A stretch of 64,000 bases of DNA from Candidatus Magasanikiibacteriota bacterium (GCA_041675185.1 JBAYUH010000001.1:10869-74868), one strand, 5' to 3'; numbered from the stretch's first letter, positions 45,616 through 56,538 are shown. The notes: generated by a model from the sequence alone, not told the origin. A program made the numbers and translations.

Positions 45616-46753
45616 ATCAGCAAGTACAGTAGAGTCAACAGATCTTTCACTCCGTTCAAGATTTTTTAACCACATGCAAAAAGAAATTCTCCTAGCTCAT
45701 TTTCCAAAAATTACTGTTAATCGCTACCAGCAACTACTGGCAGTTTTTTCTTCTTTGGATGAAGTTTGGGAAGCAGAGTTTGATGAACTTTTGAAAAGTA
45801 AAATTGATGAAAAAATAATCCATGAATTTCTAGTTTGGCGAGAAAAACTTGATGAAGAAAAAATTCATAAAATTCTTGAACAAGAAAAAATCAGTTGCTT
45901 GATCCTAACAGACAAAAACTATCCGAAACTACTCAAAGAAGTTTATGATCCACCATTTTGTCTTTTCGTACGAGGTAAACTTGCACCAGACGATTTCAAT
46001 CTCGCTGTTGTTGGTACTAGAAAATATAGTACTTATGGTAAACAAGTGACTGAAAAATTGGTTGGTGAATTGTCTAACCAAGGTGTAACTATTGTTAGTG
46101 GCTTAGCTTTTGGTATAGATATTATTGCTCACACTACCACACTTCAAAATCATGGCAAAACTATTGCCGTACTTGGATCTGGCATAAATAGACATCACAT
46201 CTATCCCGGAGAGCACAAAAATATAGCTGAGCAAATTGTAGAAAATAATGGAGCTCTAATTTCTGAATATCCTCCAGGGACTTTGCCAAACAAATTTACT
46301 TTTCCTAGAAGAAATAGAATTATTGCCGGCATGTCACTTGGTACTTTAGTCATTGAGGCAGCTGAGAAATCTGGAGCATTGATTACTGCAGAATATGCTA
46401 TGGAATCTGGTCGCGAAGTCTTTGCTATACCACAAAACATCACTTCTCCTACATCCAAAGGAACAAACAATCTTCTCAAAAACGGTGCAAAACTAGTTAC
46501 TAGCAGTGAAGACATACTTGAAGGTCTAGATTTGCAAGATATCGAAGTTTATGTTACAAATAAACAAATTTTGGGAGATTCACCACAAGAAAATGCTGTT
46601 TTGGCCGTATTAAGTCAAGAACCAAAACATATTGATGAGATTACCAAAGCTAGCAAACTTAGTAGTACTGAGATTAGCGCCACCTTGACAATTATGGAAA
46701 TGAAAGGTAAAGTCCGCAATCTCGGAAATATGATGTATATCGTGCGTGGATGA
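45605..46753 (+). CDS. dprA: DNA-processing protein DprA (Rossmann-fold DNA-binding, Smf family)
   Basis: LAVVGTRKYSTYGKQVTEKL...GVTIVSGLAFGIDIIAHTTTL...AVLGSGIN. Confidence 0.85.
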   Translation: MYLKSASTVESTDLSLRSRFFNHMQKEILLAHFPKITVNRYQQLLAVFSSLDEVWEAEFDELLKSKIDEKIIHEFLVWREKLDEEKIHKILEQEKISCLILTDKNYPKLLKEVYDPPFCLFVRGKLAPDDFNLAVVGTRKYSTYGKQVTEKLVGELSNQGVTIVSGLAFGIDIIAHTTTLQNHGKTIAVLGSGINRHHIYPGEHKNIAEQIVENNGALISEYPPGTLPNKFTFPRRNRIIAGMSLGTLVIEAAEKSGALITAEYAMESGREVFAIPQNITSPTSKGTNNLLKNGAKLVTSSEDILEGLDLQDIEVYVTNKQILGDSPQENAVLAVLSQEPKHIDEITKASKLSSTEISATLTIMEMKGKVRNLGNMMYIVRG

Positions 46754-46776
46754 TAATGTGCTATTATACCTAAATA

Positions 46777-46854
46777 ACAAATTACAAAATCCAAATAACA
46801 AATCAAATCCAAAATCTAAATATCAAAAATTTGTAATTTGGATTTTGTAATTTG
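46777..46854. promoter_or_regulatory. Long AT-rich inverted repeat (ACAAATTACAAAATCCAAAT ... ATTTGGATTTTGTAATTTG) between dprA and topA
   Basis: 19-20-bp perfect arms separated by about 39 bp. An internal direct repeat TTGTAATTTG occurs twice. Confidence 0.5.
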
Positions 46855-46918
46855 AAATTTGTTTGTATCTTGTTTCTTGTAACTTACATTTAACTCACAA
46901 TACTAAAAAGAACGTTTT

Positions 46919-49189
46919 ATGAAATTAGTCATCGTTGAGTCTCCTACCAAAGCCAAAACAATTTCCAAATTTCTAGGATCAGCTTACAAAGTTGAATCTT
47001 CTTTTGGACATATCCGTGATTTACCAAAAAGTAAAATGGGTATTGATATTGCTGGTGGTACATTTGAACCAGCTTACGAAGTACCAAAAGACAAGACAGC
47101 TCAAGTGACTAAACTAAAAAAATTAGCCAAAGAAGCTACTGAAGTGATATTCGCATCCGATGAGGACCGTGAAGGAGAAGCTATTTCTTGGCACTTGGCT
47201 GAAATTTTCAAAATTGATCCAGCCAAAGCCAAACGTATTGTTTTTCATGAAATCACTAAAAGTGCAATTGAAGAAGCTCTAGCCAACCCTCGTCATATTG
47301 ATCAAAAATTAGTTGATGCCCAACAAGCCCGCCGTATTTTGGATAGAATAGTTGGTTATGAATTATCACCTTTCTTATGGAAAAAAGTTTCCAGAGGTCT
47401 CTCAGCTGGACGTGTCCAATCTGTTGCAGTTCGCCTAGTAGTAGAAAGAGAACAAGAAAGAAATGCTTTTGTAGCAGAAGAATATTGGTCACTCGATGCA
47501 CTATTTCACAAAGGACAAGACTTCTCTAGTAAATTATATAGTATTGATGACAAAAAAATAGACAAACTTGATTTGAAAAAACAAATTCAAATAGATAATA
47601 TTTTGAAAGATTTGGAAAGTAGCAAATACATTATAAAAGATTTGACTAAAAAAGAAACCAAACGCACTCCTCCACCTCCTTTTACAACTTCAACTTTACA
47701 ACAACATGCAAGTTACAAAATGGGTTACTCTGCCAAACAAACCATGCGCCTTGCTCAACAACTTTATGAAGGTATCAAAATTGGTAGTGAAGGCCAAGTC
47801 GGTCTGATTACTTATATGCGTACTGATTCTCTAAATTTGTCAGAAAAATTTTTGACTGAAACAAAAAGTTTTGTTAGTAAAAATTATGGTGCCAAATATA
47901 CTTTGGACAGACCTCGTGTTTACAAAAACAAAAGTAAAAATGCCCAAGAAGCCCATGAAGCGATTCGCCCAACCGATCCAAACAAAACTCCAGAATCAAT
48001 CAGTGCTTATCTAGATCCTCAACAGTTGAAACTATATTCTCTTATTTGGAAACGTGCAGTTGCCACTCAATTAGCCACTGCGACTTTGGACAAAACTACT
48101 ATAGATGTACAAGCCAAACAATATATGTTTAGAACCAGTGGTCAAACAATAGTCTTTGACGGCTGGCTCAAACTTTATCCAGAACAAACAAAAGAAGAAA
48201 TGTTGCCTACATTGTCTATTGGAGAAGAAGTTGCTTGCAAAGAACTAAAACCTGAACAACACTTTACTGAACCAAAACCACGCTACTCTGATGCGACTTT
48301 GGTCAAAGCTCTAGAAGAATATGGTATTGGCCGTCCATCTACTTATGCTCCAACAATTTCCACAATTGAAAGTCGTGGCTATGTAGAGCGTGATGAAAAC
48401 AAAAGATTGAAACCATTAGATATTGCGATGCTCGTCAATAGTATTTTGGTTGAACACTTCGATCAAATTGTAGATTACAAATTCACAGCTGGTATGGAAG
48501 AAAATCTTGATGAAATAGCCAATGGCACCAAAGACTGGCAACCAATTATCAGTAATTTTTATGTTCCATTTCACAAAAATTTACTAGAAAAAACAGGAAG
48601 TCTAACCAAAGAAGAAACCAATGCCATGCGTGAAATTGGTATTGATCCCAAATCAAAAAAACCAATCTATGGACGCATTGGACGCTTCGGACCTTTTGTT
48701 CAAAAAGGTAGTAAAGATGATGAAGAAAAACCAACTTTTGCCAAACTAAAATCTAATCAAAGTGTAGAAACAATTACCTTAGCAGAAGCTCTAGAACTAT
48801 TTCAACTACCACGGACTCTTGGTAAAGATGAAGATGGCGAAGAAATATTAGCCAACATCGGGCGCTTCGGACCTTATATCAAAGTTGGTGCCAAATTTTA
48901 TTCTACCAAAGATGATGATCCATATACTATCACATTAGAAAAAGCTTTGGAAATAATCAAAGAAAAGAAAGAAGCTGGCGCCAACAAAACAATCAAACTC
49001 TTCAAAGACAGTCCAATTCAAGTCCTCAATGGTCGCTATGGCCCGTATATAACAGACACTGAAAAGAAAATAAATGCCAAAATTCCTAAAGATAAAGAAC
49101 CAAAAGAACTGACACAAGAAGAATGTGAAAAACTAATTGCTGAAGCACCAAGTAAAAAACGCGGAAGTTGGACTAAGAAAAAAAATTAA
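46919..49189 (+). CDS. topA: DNA topoisomerase I
   Basis: MKLVIVESPTKAKTISKFLG TOPRIM N-terminus. 756 aa. Confidence 0.9.
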   Translation: MKLVIVESPTKAKTISKFLGSAYKVESSFGHIRDLPKSKMGIDIAGGTFEPAYEVPKDKTAQVTKLKKLAKEATEVIFASDEDREGEAISWHLAEIFKIDPAKAKRIVFHEITKSAIEEALANPRHIDQKLVDAQQARRILDRIVGYELSPFLWKKVSRGLSAGRVQSVAVRLVVEREQERNAFVAEEYWSLDALFHKGQDFSSKLYSIDDKKIDKLDLKKQIQIDNILKDLESSKYIIKDLTKKETKRTPPPPFTTSTLQQHASYKMGYSAKQTMRLAQQLYEGIKIGSEGQVGLITYMRTDSLNLSEKFLTETKSFVSKNYGAKYTLDRPRVYKNKSKNAQEAHEAIRPTDPNKTPESISAYLDPQQLKLYSLIWKRAVATQLATATLDKTTIDVQAKQYMFRTSGQTIVFDGWLKLYPEQTKEEMLPTLSIGEEVACKELKPEQHFTEPKPRYSDATLVKALEEYGIGRPSTYAPTISTIESRGYVERDENKRLKPLDIAMLVNSILVEHFDQIVDYKFTAGMEENLDEIANGTKDWQPIISNFYVPFHKNLLEKTGSLTKEETNAMREIGIDPKSKKPIYGRIGRFGPFVQKGSKDDEEKPTFAKLKSNQSVETITLAEALELFQLPRTLGKDEDGEEILANIGRFGPYIKVGAKFYSTKDDDPYTITLEKALEIIKEKKEAGANKTIKLFKDSPIQVLNGRYGPYITDTEKKINAKIPKDKEPKELTQEECEKLIAEAPSKKRGSWTKKKN

Positions 49190-49333
49190 TATCAAAAAAA
49201 TCAAAAAAATAATATAATTTTTTCTATATAGATTTTTAAGAAATCAAAATCTCTTTTAATACAAAAAAATCTATTTAAAAAAGATTCCAAACCAAGTCCA
49301 CATAATGACGCTGGTGTTTTTTAATCCTTCAAG

Positions 49334-49362
49334 ATTGCCCAAATACCCCCTCTTGTGTATAC
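49334..49362 (+). promoter_or_regulatory. Candidate sigma-70 promoter (-35 TTGCCC 49334-49339, 17-nt spacer, -10 TATACT 49357-49362)
   Basis: Read directly. It lies 40 nt upstream of the ATG at 49403. Confidence 0.4.
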
Positions 49363-49402
49363 TATAGACATCCTGAATTAAGCTCAGAATTAATTTATCA
49401 AC

Positions 49403-50092
49403 ATGATCAACAAAACCAAACAAGAACTCCAAGCTCGTCTCAAAAAAATCCAAGAAAGCCTCGGCAAAACCAAAGATATTGAATTAAAAAAACTTTCCGA
49501 ATTCGGCGACGAGGTCTTCGCTGCTTTTGAGCGCGCCATGAATACTCTCGATGCCAAGACCAATGTCTTAACCGAGCTAAAAGCTCAACGAGAAAAACTA
49601 AAACAATGGAAAATAAGTTCACTCAAGAGTATTTTTCCTATCAATCTTCGTTATTTGATTAGTATGCCATTTATCTATGGTATGTTTGTTCCAGCACTAT
49701 TTTTCCATATTTGTATGGAAATTTATCATCAAATAGCTTTTAGATTCTATAGTATTCCACGTGTTAAAGCTAGAGATTATTTCATTTACGATCGACAATT
49801 ACTTCCCTACCTCAACTGGTTAGAAAAATTCAATTGTGTCTATTGTAGTTACTTCAACAATCTTCTTCGCTATGCTACTGAGATTGCTGGACGTACAGAG
49901 CGCTACTGGTGCCCAATCAAATATGCCAATAGAATAAGAAAAACACATAGTCAATACAATAAATTTGTTGATTATCTCGATGCCCAAAATTTCCACGACA
50001 AATGGGAAAACTTGAGAGATTTTTCTGATATCAAAGAAACTGAGAAAAAAACTTGTGATTTTATTGAAAAGAAAAAAGATACCATTGCCTAA
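49403..50092 (+). CDS. Hypothetical protein (N-terminal coiled-coil, two hydrophobic helices, C-terminal Cys-containing domain CVYCSY...YWCPIKY)
   Basis: 229-aa ORF with no recognisable family. Confidence 0.4.
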   Translation: MINKTKQELQARLKKIQESLGKTKDIELKKLSEFGDEVFAAFERAMNTLDAKTNVLTELKAQREKLKQWKISSLKSIFPINLRYLISMPFIYGMFVPALFFHICMEIYHQIAFRFYSIPRVKARDYFIYDRQLLPYLNWLEKFNCVYCSYFNNLLRYATEIAGRTERYWCPIKYANRIRKTHSQYNKFVDYLDAQNFHDKWENLRDFSDIKETEKKTCDFIEKKKDTIA

Positions 50093-50156
50093 AATAAAGG
50101 TTTTTGTTATATTAGATAAAGGAGATTAGTGTAAAATAAACAAATTTAATATATAT

Positions 50157-51644
50157 ATGCCTCACAGAAATCAGACAATCAACGGTCTTATCAAAAAAAT
50201 AGAATCCTATGACAAAAAGGCTGATTTTGATATGATTCGTCTTGCCTTTGATTTCGCCAATGAAGCCCACAAAGGACAAACAAGACGCTCTGGAGAGCCA
50301 TATATCACCCATCCTTTGGCAGCAGCCTATATCTTGGCAAATATGTCCATTGATCCTGTTATCATCGTAGCTACCCTATTACACGACGTTCCAGAGGATA
50401 CAAGTAGAACATTGGAAGACATCAAAGAAAATTTTGGCGAAGAAATATATACTTTGGTCAAAGGTATTACCAAATTGGGAAAACTAAAATATCGTGGTGT
50501 CGAAAGATATATTGAAAACTTACGCAAAATGTTTATAGCTATGGCTGAAGATGTCCGTGTGATGATTATGAAATTTGCTGACAGAATTCACAATCTGACA
50601 ACTCTTGATGCCTTACCACCACAAAAAAGATATCGTATTGCCTTAGAGAGTCTAGAAATATATGCTCCTATTGCCAATCGTCTAGGTATGGATGAGATGA
50701 AAGGAGAACTTGAAGATTTGTCTTTCAAATTCGTCTATCCAAAAGAATACGAACGAGTCAAAAAAATGCGTGATGAAAAATTACAAGGAAAAGAAAAATA
50801 CTTCAAACACATTATTGATATTACCAAAAAAGAATTAGACAAATCCAATATCTCAGTTATTTCTATTCATGGTAGAAATAAAAAATTATACAGTCTTTAC
50901 AAAAAACTACTCAACAAAAACAACGAAATAGCTAGAATTTATGATATAGTCGCGATTCGTATTATTGTGGACAATATTGCCAAATGTTATGCAACTCTAG
51001 GAATTTTGCACAGTATCTGGAAACCAATCAAAGGACGAATCAAAGACTATATTGCTCAACCAAAACCAAATGGTTATCAATCTTTGCATACCACAGTATT
51101 TGCTGAAAATGGTGAGCCTGTCGAATTCCAAATTCGTACTTTGGAAATGAACGAAGACGCTGAATATGGTATTGCAGCTCACTGGCACTATGACGAAAAC
51201 GGTAGCAGAAGACCAAACAAAGAAATAAAATGGGTTCAAGAACTTGCCCAAATTCAAAAAGATATTTTGAACAAATTATCTGATTTAGAAGAAATGAAAG
51301 TAGATTTTTTACAAACCAGAATTTTTGTACTTACCCCAAAAGGTGATGTGATAGATTTGCCAGAAGGAGCTACGCCTGTGGATTTTGCTTTTCATATTCA
51401 CTCAGATATTGGTAACAAATGTATAGGATCACGTGTCAATGAAAAAATGGTTAGTCTAGACACAGAACTTAGAAATGGTGATATCGTAGAAATTACTATT
51501 GACAAAAACCGCAAAGGACCAAGTATTGATTGGCTCAAATTTGTCAAAACTCATACAGCAAAAGAGCATATCCTAAATTATACCAGACCAAAAAGTAGTA
51601 TTGCCAAATTCTTCAATATTTTGCCGAAGAAGGGAGAGAAATAA
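50157..51644 (+). CDS. rel: RelA/SpoT-homologue (p)ppGpp synthetase/hydrolase (HD + synthetase + TGS domains; short form lacking the C-terminal ACT region)
   Basis: HD motif LLHDVPEDT, synthetase RIKDYIAQPKPNGYQSLHTTV, TGS VLTPKGDVIDLPEGATPVDFAF. Confidence 0.85.
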   Translation: MPHRNQTINGLIKKIESYDKKADFDMIRLAFDFANEAHKGQTRRSGEPYITHPLAAAYILANMSIDPVIIVATLLHDVPEDTSRTLEDIKENFGEEIYTLVKGITKLGKLKYRGVERYIENLRKMFIAMAEDVRVMIMKFADRIHNLTTLDALPPQKRYRIALESLEIYAPIANRLGMDEMKGELEDLSFKFVYPKEYERVKKMRDEKLQGKEKYFKHIIDITKKELDKSNISVISIHGRNKKLYSLYKKLLNKNNEIARIYDIVAIRIIVDNIAKCYATLGILHSIWKPIKGRIKDYIAQPKPNGYQSLHTTVFAENGEPVEFQIRTLEMNEDAEYGIAAHWHYDENGSRRPNKEIKWVQELAQIQKDILNKLSDLEEMKVDFLQTRIFVLTPKGDVIDLPEGATPVDFAFHIHSDIGNKCIGSRVNEKMVSLDTELRNGDIVEITIDKNRKGPSIDWLKFVKTHTAKEHILNYTRPKSSIAKFFNILPKKGEK

Positions 51645-51673
51645 ATATTGAGTTAACAAACAACTAAATATCA

Positions 51674-51706
51674 AAAAAACATATTCTAAAAAAGAATATG
51701 TTTTTA
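51674..51706. terminator. Bidirectional Rho-independent terminator (AAAAACATATTC-taaaaaa-GAATATGTTTTT) between the convergent rel and coiled-coil genes
   Basis: Perfect 12-bp inverted repeat with A/T runs on both sides. Confidence 0.7.
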
Positions 51707-51710
51707 ATTT

Positions 51711-54302
51711 TTAGATATTAGAATCTACAGTTATACCAAAATTATCTTTAATCTTTTGTCTGATACTTTCAGATCTATTTTTTACAATTACTAAGTCTTC
51801 CTTACTTAAGACAGATATTTTTTCTGTTTTATTAAACTCTTTGAAAGAATAGTATTGTAACTCCGTTTTTATACCTCTACTTTCAGAAATTAATTTACCA
51901 GTAGGAAGTTGTTCATCTTCTACTGCTTTAACTTTAGCGATGTATTCTGCTTTTTTAAAATTCTCATTCTTTTTATTTACTTCAAAATCCTGACCATTTT
52001 CATCTTGCAAAGTTTCACTTTTTTTAAAAACACCAAATTTAACACTATTAAGAGTATCCAAAACTTTTGACAATTTTATTTTTTCATTTGGTAAATCAGC
52101 GATTTTTGCTTCAATTTCTTTGTATCTAGGTATAGAGCTATCTATAAAAGATTCTATCTTATCCAATTCTTTCAACAATTCAACCTTTTTTTGTTCTGAT
52201 TCTAATTTTTGTTTTTCTGCCCTGTCACGTTCATACTTAGCGTCTTCCTCAGCCTTTTTGGCTTTTTCAGCTTCATATTTTTTGATTGCTTCTTCAGATA
52301 ATTTTTTTGATTCAACCTTTTTTTTCAAATTATTGATACGTAAATCTATACTAGAATGTAATTCTTTAATTTTTGTATATGATATTTGTGTCTCTGCATC
52401 AAGTGGTTTTTTTATTTGGTTAAGAATTTTTTCAATAAAAGTTTTTTGATTCTCTTTCGTTTGGATATTTTTTTCCATTTCCGCAATAGTAACGTCTGTT
52501 TGTGAATCTAATAATGAAGAAGTTTCTACTATATCCACTATTTCATCTTTACTAGATAACAATATTTCTTTGTTGTGTGCATGTCGTGCATTTTCTTCAG
52601 CTTCAAATTGTCTTTGTTGCGCTTCAACCTCCTCTTTCTTCCTTTTTGATTCAGCTTCCTGTTGTTCTTGTTTTTTAAATTCAACTTCTTTTTCTTGCGC
52701 TGCTTGGTAGTCCAGTTTTAATTTAATCTCAAGACCAAAATTTCTTATGTAGGAAGGAGACTCTTTATGCTTCTTTAGTATGTCATCTATTTCACTTAAT
52801 GTATCACCTGCTGAACGGTAGTCTGAATCTTTAACTACATACTGAGGATAGCTTTCGGGAAAATGGCCGTTTCTATCTACTAATTGAATTGTATATCCTA
52901 CATTTTTTCTTAGTTCATTTATTTTTTGAAAAAATTCTTTGATTTTATTTTCATCAACAATTTTACCTGTGTACAGATCAGCTCTTGTTTGAGAAAGAGA
53001 TTCTTGTTCTCGTAACAAGTCACCATTTTCTATTTTTTGTATTACGTCGCTGACCAATTTTTCTTTTTTTTGTATAAACTCTCGAGAATAAATTAGATCA
53101 CCTTTATTTTTAGTAATCTGCGCGACTTGTTCAATATCCAGATTATTCACTATTTCCTGCATCACTTCTGGTGACAAATTGCGTATCATTTTGTAATCCA
53201 AACTTTTTGATTGAGGATTAATTTTTTGTGCTAATTCTTTTGTGAGCGATTTCAAATCAACTCCATTACTCTCGTCAAGAAGAGTTTTTTCTACTAGTTC
53301 ATCGCCCAAATATTTTTTTAGTATATTCTGTTTTTCTTTTTCTTCAGACTCTAAGATACTCTCTAATTCAGTCTGTAATTCCACGCCTTTTTCGGCGGTA
53401 TACGTGTCTAATTCTGTTTGGCGTTTTATTTTGATTTTTGACATCACATTATCATACAATTTTTGATTTGCTTTGACGGTCTCTGCTTTTACAAGATCAG
53501 CCTTTAGTCCATCTGATTCAACAAAATCTTGTGATAGAGCATCTATTTTTTTAGTAATTCTTGTTTTTTCTTCTGCGTATTTTTGAAGTAACACCTGCAT
53601 CTCCTGTTTACCTTCAGGTGGTAGTTTTTTTATCGTTGATTCAATATCACTACTCAGCTCTTTGAGTTGCGCATCTATTGTCCCATTTTTGTCTAATGAC
53701 GACACACTCTCAATGACTAAATTGATATCAAGTCCACTTTTCTTTAAACTAGTCAAATATGCTGTTTTATCTTTTTTCTCTTTTTCTCGCGCTTCTTTCC
53801 CTTCTTTTCTTTTTGATAATTCTCCCTGAGCTTTTGTACCGACAGTATCTACATTCCTTATAGTTGCTTCACGTTTTTGTGTTTCTTGTTGAGATTCTTT
53901 TAGTTTTTCTTTGAGAGATGTTACATCATCTGTTTCTTCTAATTCAAATTCTTTCATCAAATCTTCTGCAGCAGTCACTTCAAGTTTCAACTTATTCAAT
54001 TCTTCTGTATACTTCTCAAGAGCAGTTTGCAATGTTGTTTTTGCTTCTCCGAGTTCCTGTAAAAAAATTGATATTTCTTCTTCAGAAATTTCAAGAGAAA
54101 TTGCTTCGTTTTGGAGTGTCTCAAAAGTTTTCATTGCATTTTCAGAAAGCGAAGATACAAGCTCAATGGCATGAAATTCTGATTGTGCGAGTTGTTCGGT
54201 ATCAAGAGAAGGTTTTTCAGTTGTTGTCTTTTCCCCTTCTATCACCGGTTTTTCTATTTCTTGTTCTAATGGAGGTATATTTTTTTCTGGTGTCCCTGAC
54301 AT
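51711..54302 (-). CDS. Large E/K/Q-rich coiled-coil protein (hypothetical; no TM, no NTPase motifs seen)
   Basis: 863 aa with pervasive heptad-like E/K/L composition. Confidence 0.5.
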   Translation of the reverse strand: MSGTPEKNIPPLEQEIEKPVIEGEKTTTEKPSLDTEQLAQSEFHAIELVSSLSENAMKTFETLQNEAISLEISEEEISIFLQELGEAKTTLQTALEKYTEELNKLKLEVTAAEDLMKEFELEETDDVTSLKEKLKESQQETQKREATIRNVDTVGTKAQGELSKRKEGKEAREKEKKDKTAYLTSLKKSGLDINLVIESVSSLDKNGTIDAQLKELSSDIESTIKKLPPEGKQEMQVLLQKYAEEKTRITKKIDALSQDFVESDGLKADLVKAETVKANQKLYDNVMSKIKIKRQTELDTYTAEKGVELQTELESILESEEKEKQNILKKYLGDELVEKTLLDESNGVDLKSLTKELAQKINPQSKSLDYKMIRNLSPEVMQEIVNNLDIEQVAQITKNKGDLIYSREFIQKKEKLVSDVIQKIENGDLLREQESLSQTRADLYTGKIVDENKIKEFFQKINELRKNVGYTIQLVDRNGHFPESYPQYVVKDSDYRSAGDTLSEIDDILKKHKESPSYIRNFGLEIKLKLDYQAAQEKEVEFKKQEQQEAESKRKKEEVEAQQRQFEAEENARHAHNKEILLSSKDEIVDIVETSSLLDSQTDVTIAEMEKNIQTKENQKTFIEKILNQIKKPLDAETQISYTKIKELHSSIDLRINNLKKKVESKKLSEEAIKKYEAEKAKKAEEDAKYERDRAEKQKLESEQKKVELLKELDKIESFIDSSIPRYKEIEAKIADLPNEKIKLSKVLDTLNSVKFGVFKKSETLQDENGQDFEVNKKNENFKKAEYIAKVKAVEDEQLPTGKLISESRGIKTELQYYSFKEFNKTEKISVLSKEDLVIVKNRSESIRQKIKDNFGITVDSNI

Positions 54303-54317
54303 ACAATTAAAATTAAA

Positions 54318-54477
54318 AATTACTAATATCCCCCTTAAGTTTGACTATTTTTTTATTTTTTATAATTGCACGCATTTTACCAACAATAGATTTTTGTTGT
54401 GTTTTGAAATCTTTTATGGCTTTTGCAAATTTCTTATTTGCATCAGCAAATTTTTTGTCTAATGTTTTATCTTTACT
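54318..54477 (-). CDS. Possible small basic protein (53 aa; MPSKDKTLDKKFADANKKFAKAIKDFKTQQKSIVGKMRAIIKNKKIVKLKGDISNF)
   Basis: My own translation. It is below the 60-aa cutoff of the ORF track. It fills the parB to coiled-coil gap on the same strand. Confidence 0.3.
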
Positions 54478-54510
54478 TGGCATATTTTTTATAAAATAAA
54501 TAAAAAAAGA

Positions 54511-55356
54511 TTAGCTCAATTCACTAATCAACCTCTTCAACTCTTCCATCGAATCAAAACTAATTATTATTTTTCCTTTTTTAGCACTACCAGAAATTGT
54601 AACTTTTGATCCCAATTTTTCTTCCAATATTTTTTCTTGAGCAGATATATTTGGATCTTTTGAATTATTATTTTTTTTACTGGCCACCAAACTTTCGACA
54701 TCACGCACACTCATCTTTTGTCCCATCATACTTTGAAACATATCAATTTGTTCTTTTTCAGTCTTGAGACTAAGCAAAGCCCTAGCTTTGCCAGCACTAA
54801 AATCTCCCTTGATAAGAGCCTTCTGAATGACTTCTGGTAAATCTAAAAGTCTGATAGTATTGGCAAGGGCTGGACGACTTTTGCCAAGTTGTTCGGCGGC
54901 TTGTTCTTGAGTAAGATTGAATTCCTCGAGTAAACGAGAATAAGCATAAGCTTCTTCAATAGGATTCAAATCATGTCTTTGAATATTTTCAATGAGAGCC
55001 AATTCCAATTTTTCTTGTTGGGTAGCTGTACGTATCAAAGCTGGAACAGTAGAAAGACCAGCCAAACCAGCCGCTCGCAAACGTCTTTCACCAGCAATAA
55101 GCTCATAACCACCTTCAGATCTCTCGGTCATTACCAAAGGTTGCATAATGCCATGTTTCTTGATAGACATTACCAAACTTTGTAATTCTTCTTCATTGAA
55201 TTCTTTTCTTGGTTGTTCTGGATTAGGAACAACATCTGAAATATTTATTTGCCAGACCCTATCTGGACCATTAATAATACCAGTTTCTTTGCGAATGATA
55301 TTGAAAACTTTTTTTTGTTGAGGAATAAGTGAATTGAGACCTTTACCAAGAGCCAT
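54511..55356 (-). CDS. parB: Chromosome partitioning protein ParB (Spo0J)
   Basis: GIMQPLVMTERSEGGYELIAGERRLRAA ParB-box motif. Confidence 0.9.
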   Translation of the reverse strand: MALGKGLNSLIPQQKKVFNIIRKETGIINGPDRVWQINISDVVPNPEQPRKEFNEEELQSLVMSIKKHGIMQPLVMTERSEGGYELIAGERRLRAAGLAGLSTVPALIRTATQQEKLELALIENIQRHDLNPIEEAYAYSRLLEEFNLTQEQAAEQLGKSRPALANTIRLLDLPEVIQKALIKGDFSAGKARALLSLKTEKEQIDMFQSMMGQKMSVRDVESLVASKKNNNSKDPNISAQEKILEEKLGSKVTISGSAKKGKIIISFDSMEELKRLISELS

Positions 55357-55471
55357 ACATTATAATAGTTAAAATTTGTAAAAAATGTTTTGTTTAAAAA
55401 ATTACAACTCTCAAATTACATTTTTTGTATATTGTGATTTGTTTGGAATTTGTTTATTTATAATTGTATAT

Positions 55472-56239
55472 TTAGTTTGAGTGTTTTTCAATAATTTCTC
55501 TAGCTAATCTTTCATAAGATTTTGCACCTTTGCCATGTGGTTCATAATGCAAAATAGATTTTCCAAAACTTGGAGCTTCAGCCAATCTCACAGTACGTGG
55601 AATAACAGATCGGAAAATATTGTTTGGGAAATATTTGTAAAGTTCATTCATGATTTCAGTGGATAATTTGGTACGTTTGTCAAACATAGTTAATACTGCT
55701 CCCAAAATACCCAAATCTGGATGAAGATTTGTTTTTACCAATTCAACTGTTTTCAAAAGTTGTCCAAGACCTTCCAAAGCATAATATTCTGCTTGAACAG
55801 GAATAAGTAATTCATGAGCAGCAACAAGACCATTGATAGTGAGAAGCCCAAGAGATGGTGGACAATCTATAATAATATAATCATAAGCATGACTTACTTC
55901 TGATAATAAATCTCGTAATTGAAATTCTCTATTTTCTACATCAACTAATTCTATAGACGCACCAGCCAAATTCTGTGTAGCTGGAGCAACACGCAAACCA
56001 TCGTGAGCAGTATTATAAATAATATCATGAATTCTCTTTTGTTTGGCCAAAGCTTCATAAATACCAGCTCCAACATTGTCTCTATCAATACCCAGTCCAC
56101 TAGTAGCATTACCCTGTGGATCCAAATCAACAAGTAACACAAACTTCCCCATTTCAGACAAAAAAGCAGCTAAATTGATAGCTGTAGTGGTCTTACCTAC
56201 TCCACCCTTTTGATTGACAACTGCAATAATTTTTGACAT
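55472..56239 (-). CDS. parA: Chromosome partitioning ATPase ParA (Soj)
   Basis: MSKIIAVVNQKGGVGKTTTAINLAAFL deviant Walker A. Confidence 0.9.
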   Translation of the reverse strand: MSKIIAVVNQKGGVGKTTTAINLAAFLSEMGKFVLLVDLDPQGNATSGLGIDRDNVGAGIYEALAKQKRIHDIIYNTAHDGLRVAPATQNLAGASIELVDVENREFQLRDLLSEVSHAYDYIIIDCPPSLGLLTINGLVAAHELLIPVQAEYYALEGLGQLLKTVELVKTNLHPDLGILGAVLTMFDKRTKLSTEIMNELYKYFPNNIFRSVIPRTVRLAEAPSFGKSILHYEPHGKGAKSYERLAREIIEKHSN

Positions 56240-56538
56240 ATTTTTTTATAATCCTAAGCCAACGAAACAAGGCAAAAGATAAATTATCTTCTAAAAAATT
56301 TAATATAAATCTAACTAATTATAAGTATACCAAATATTGACAAAAATCACAATAATCTATATAATTCTTGCATTGTTAAATATGCCCGAATGGCGCCCGT
56401 AAAGTAGAGACTACCGTCTCACTTTTGGGCTCACGGATTAAAGGCAAAAAATTTATCATAAATTTTTACTAAGGGCATCAAGCAGTGAGCTACGAAGTAA
56501 GCCCTACTGCTTGACGGAATTGTTAAATTTATATAATT

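Noticed and set aside
56384-56536. The sequence upstream of the GIY-YIG gene, beginning with a tRNA-like GCCCGAAUGGCG, could be a tmRNA, SRP RNA or a split or intron-containing tRNA
   Set aside because: There is no tmRNA tag-ORF or 3' tRNA-like T-arm/CCA context. There is no SRP domain-IV consensus. The partial copies are 18 and 20 nt only and cannot be joined into a tRNA. An intact tRNA-Leu sits inside the bracket. It is treated as duplicated termini instead.
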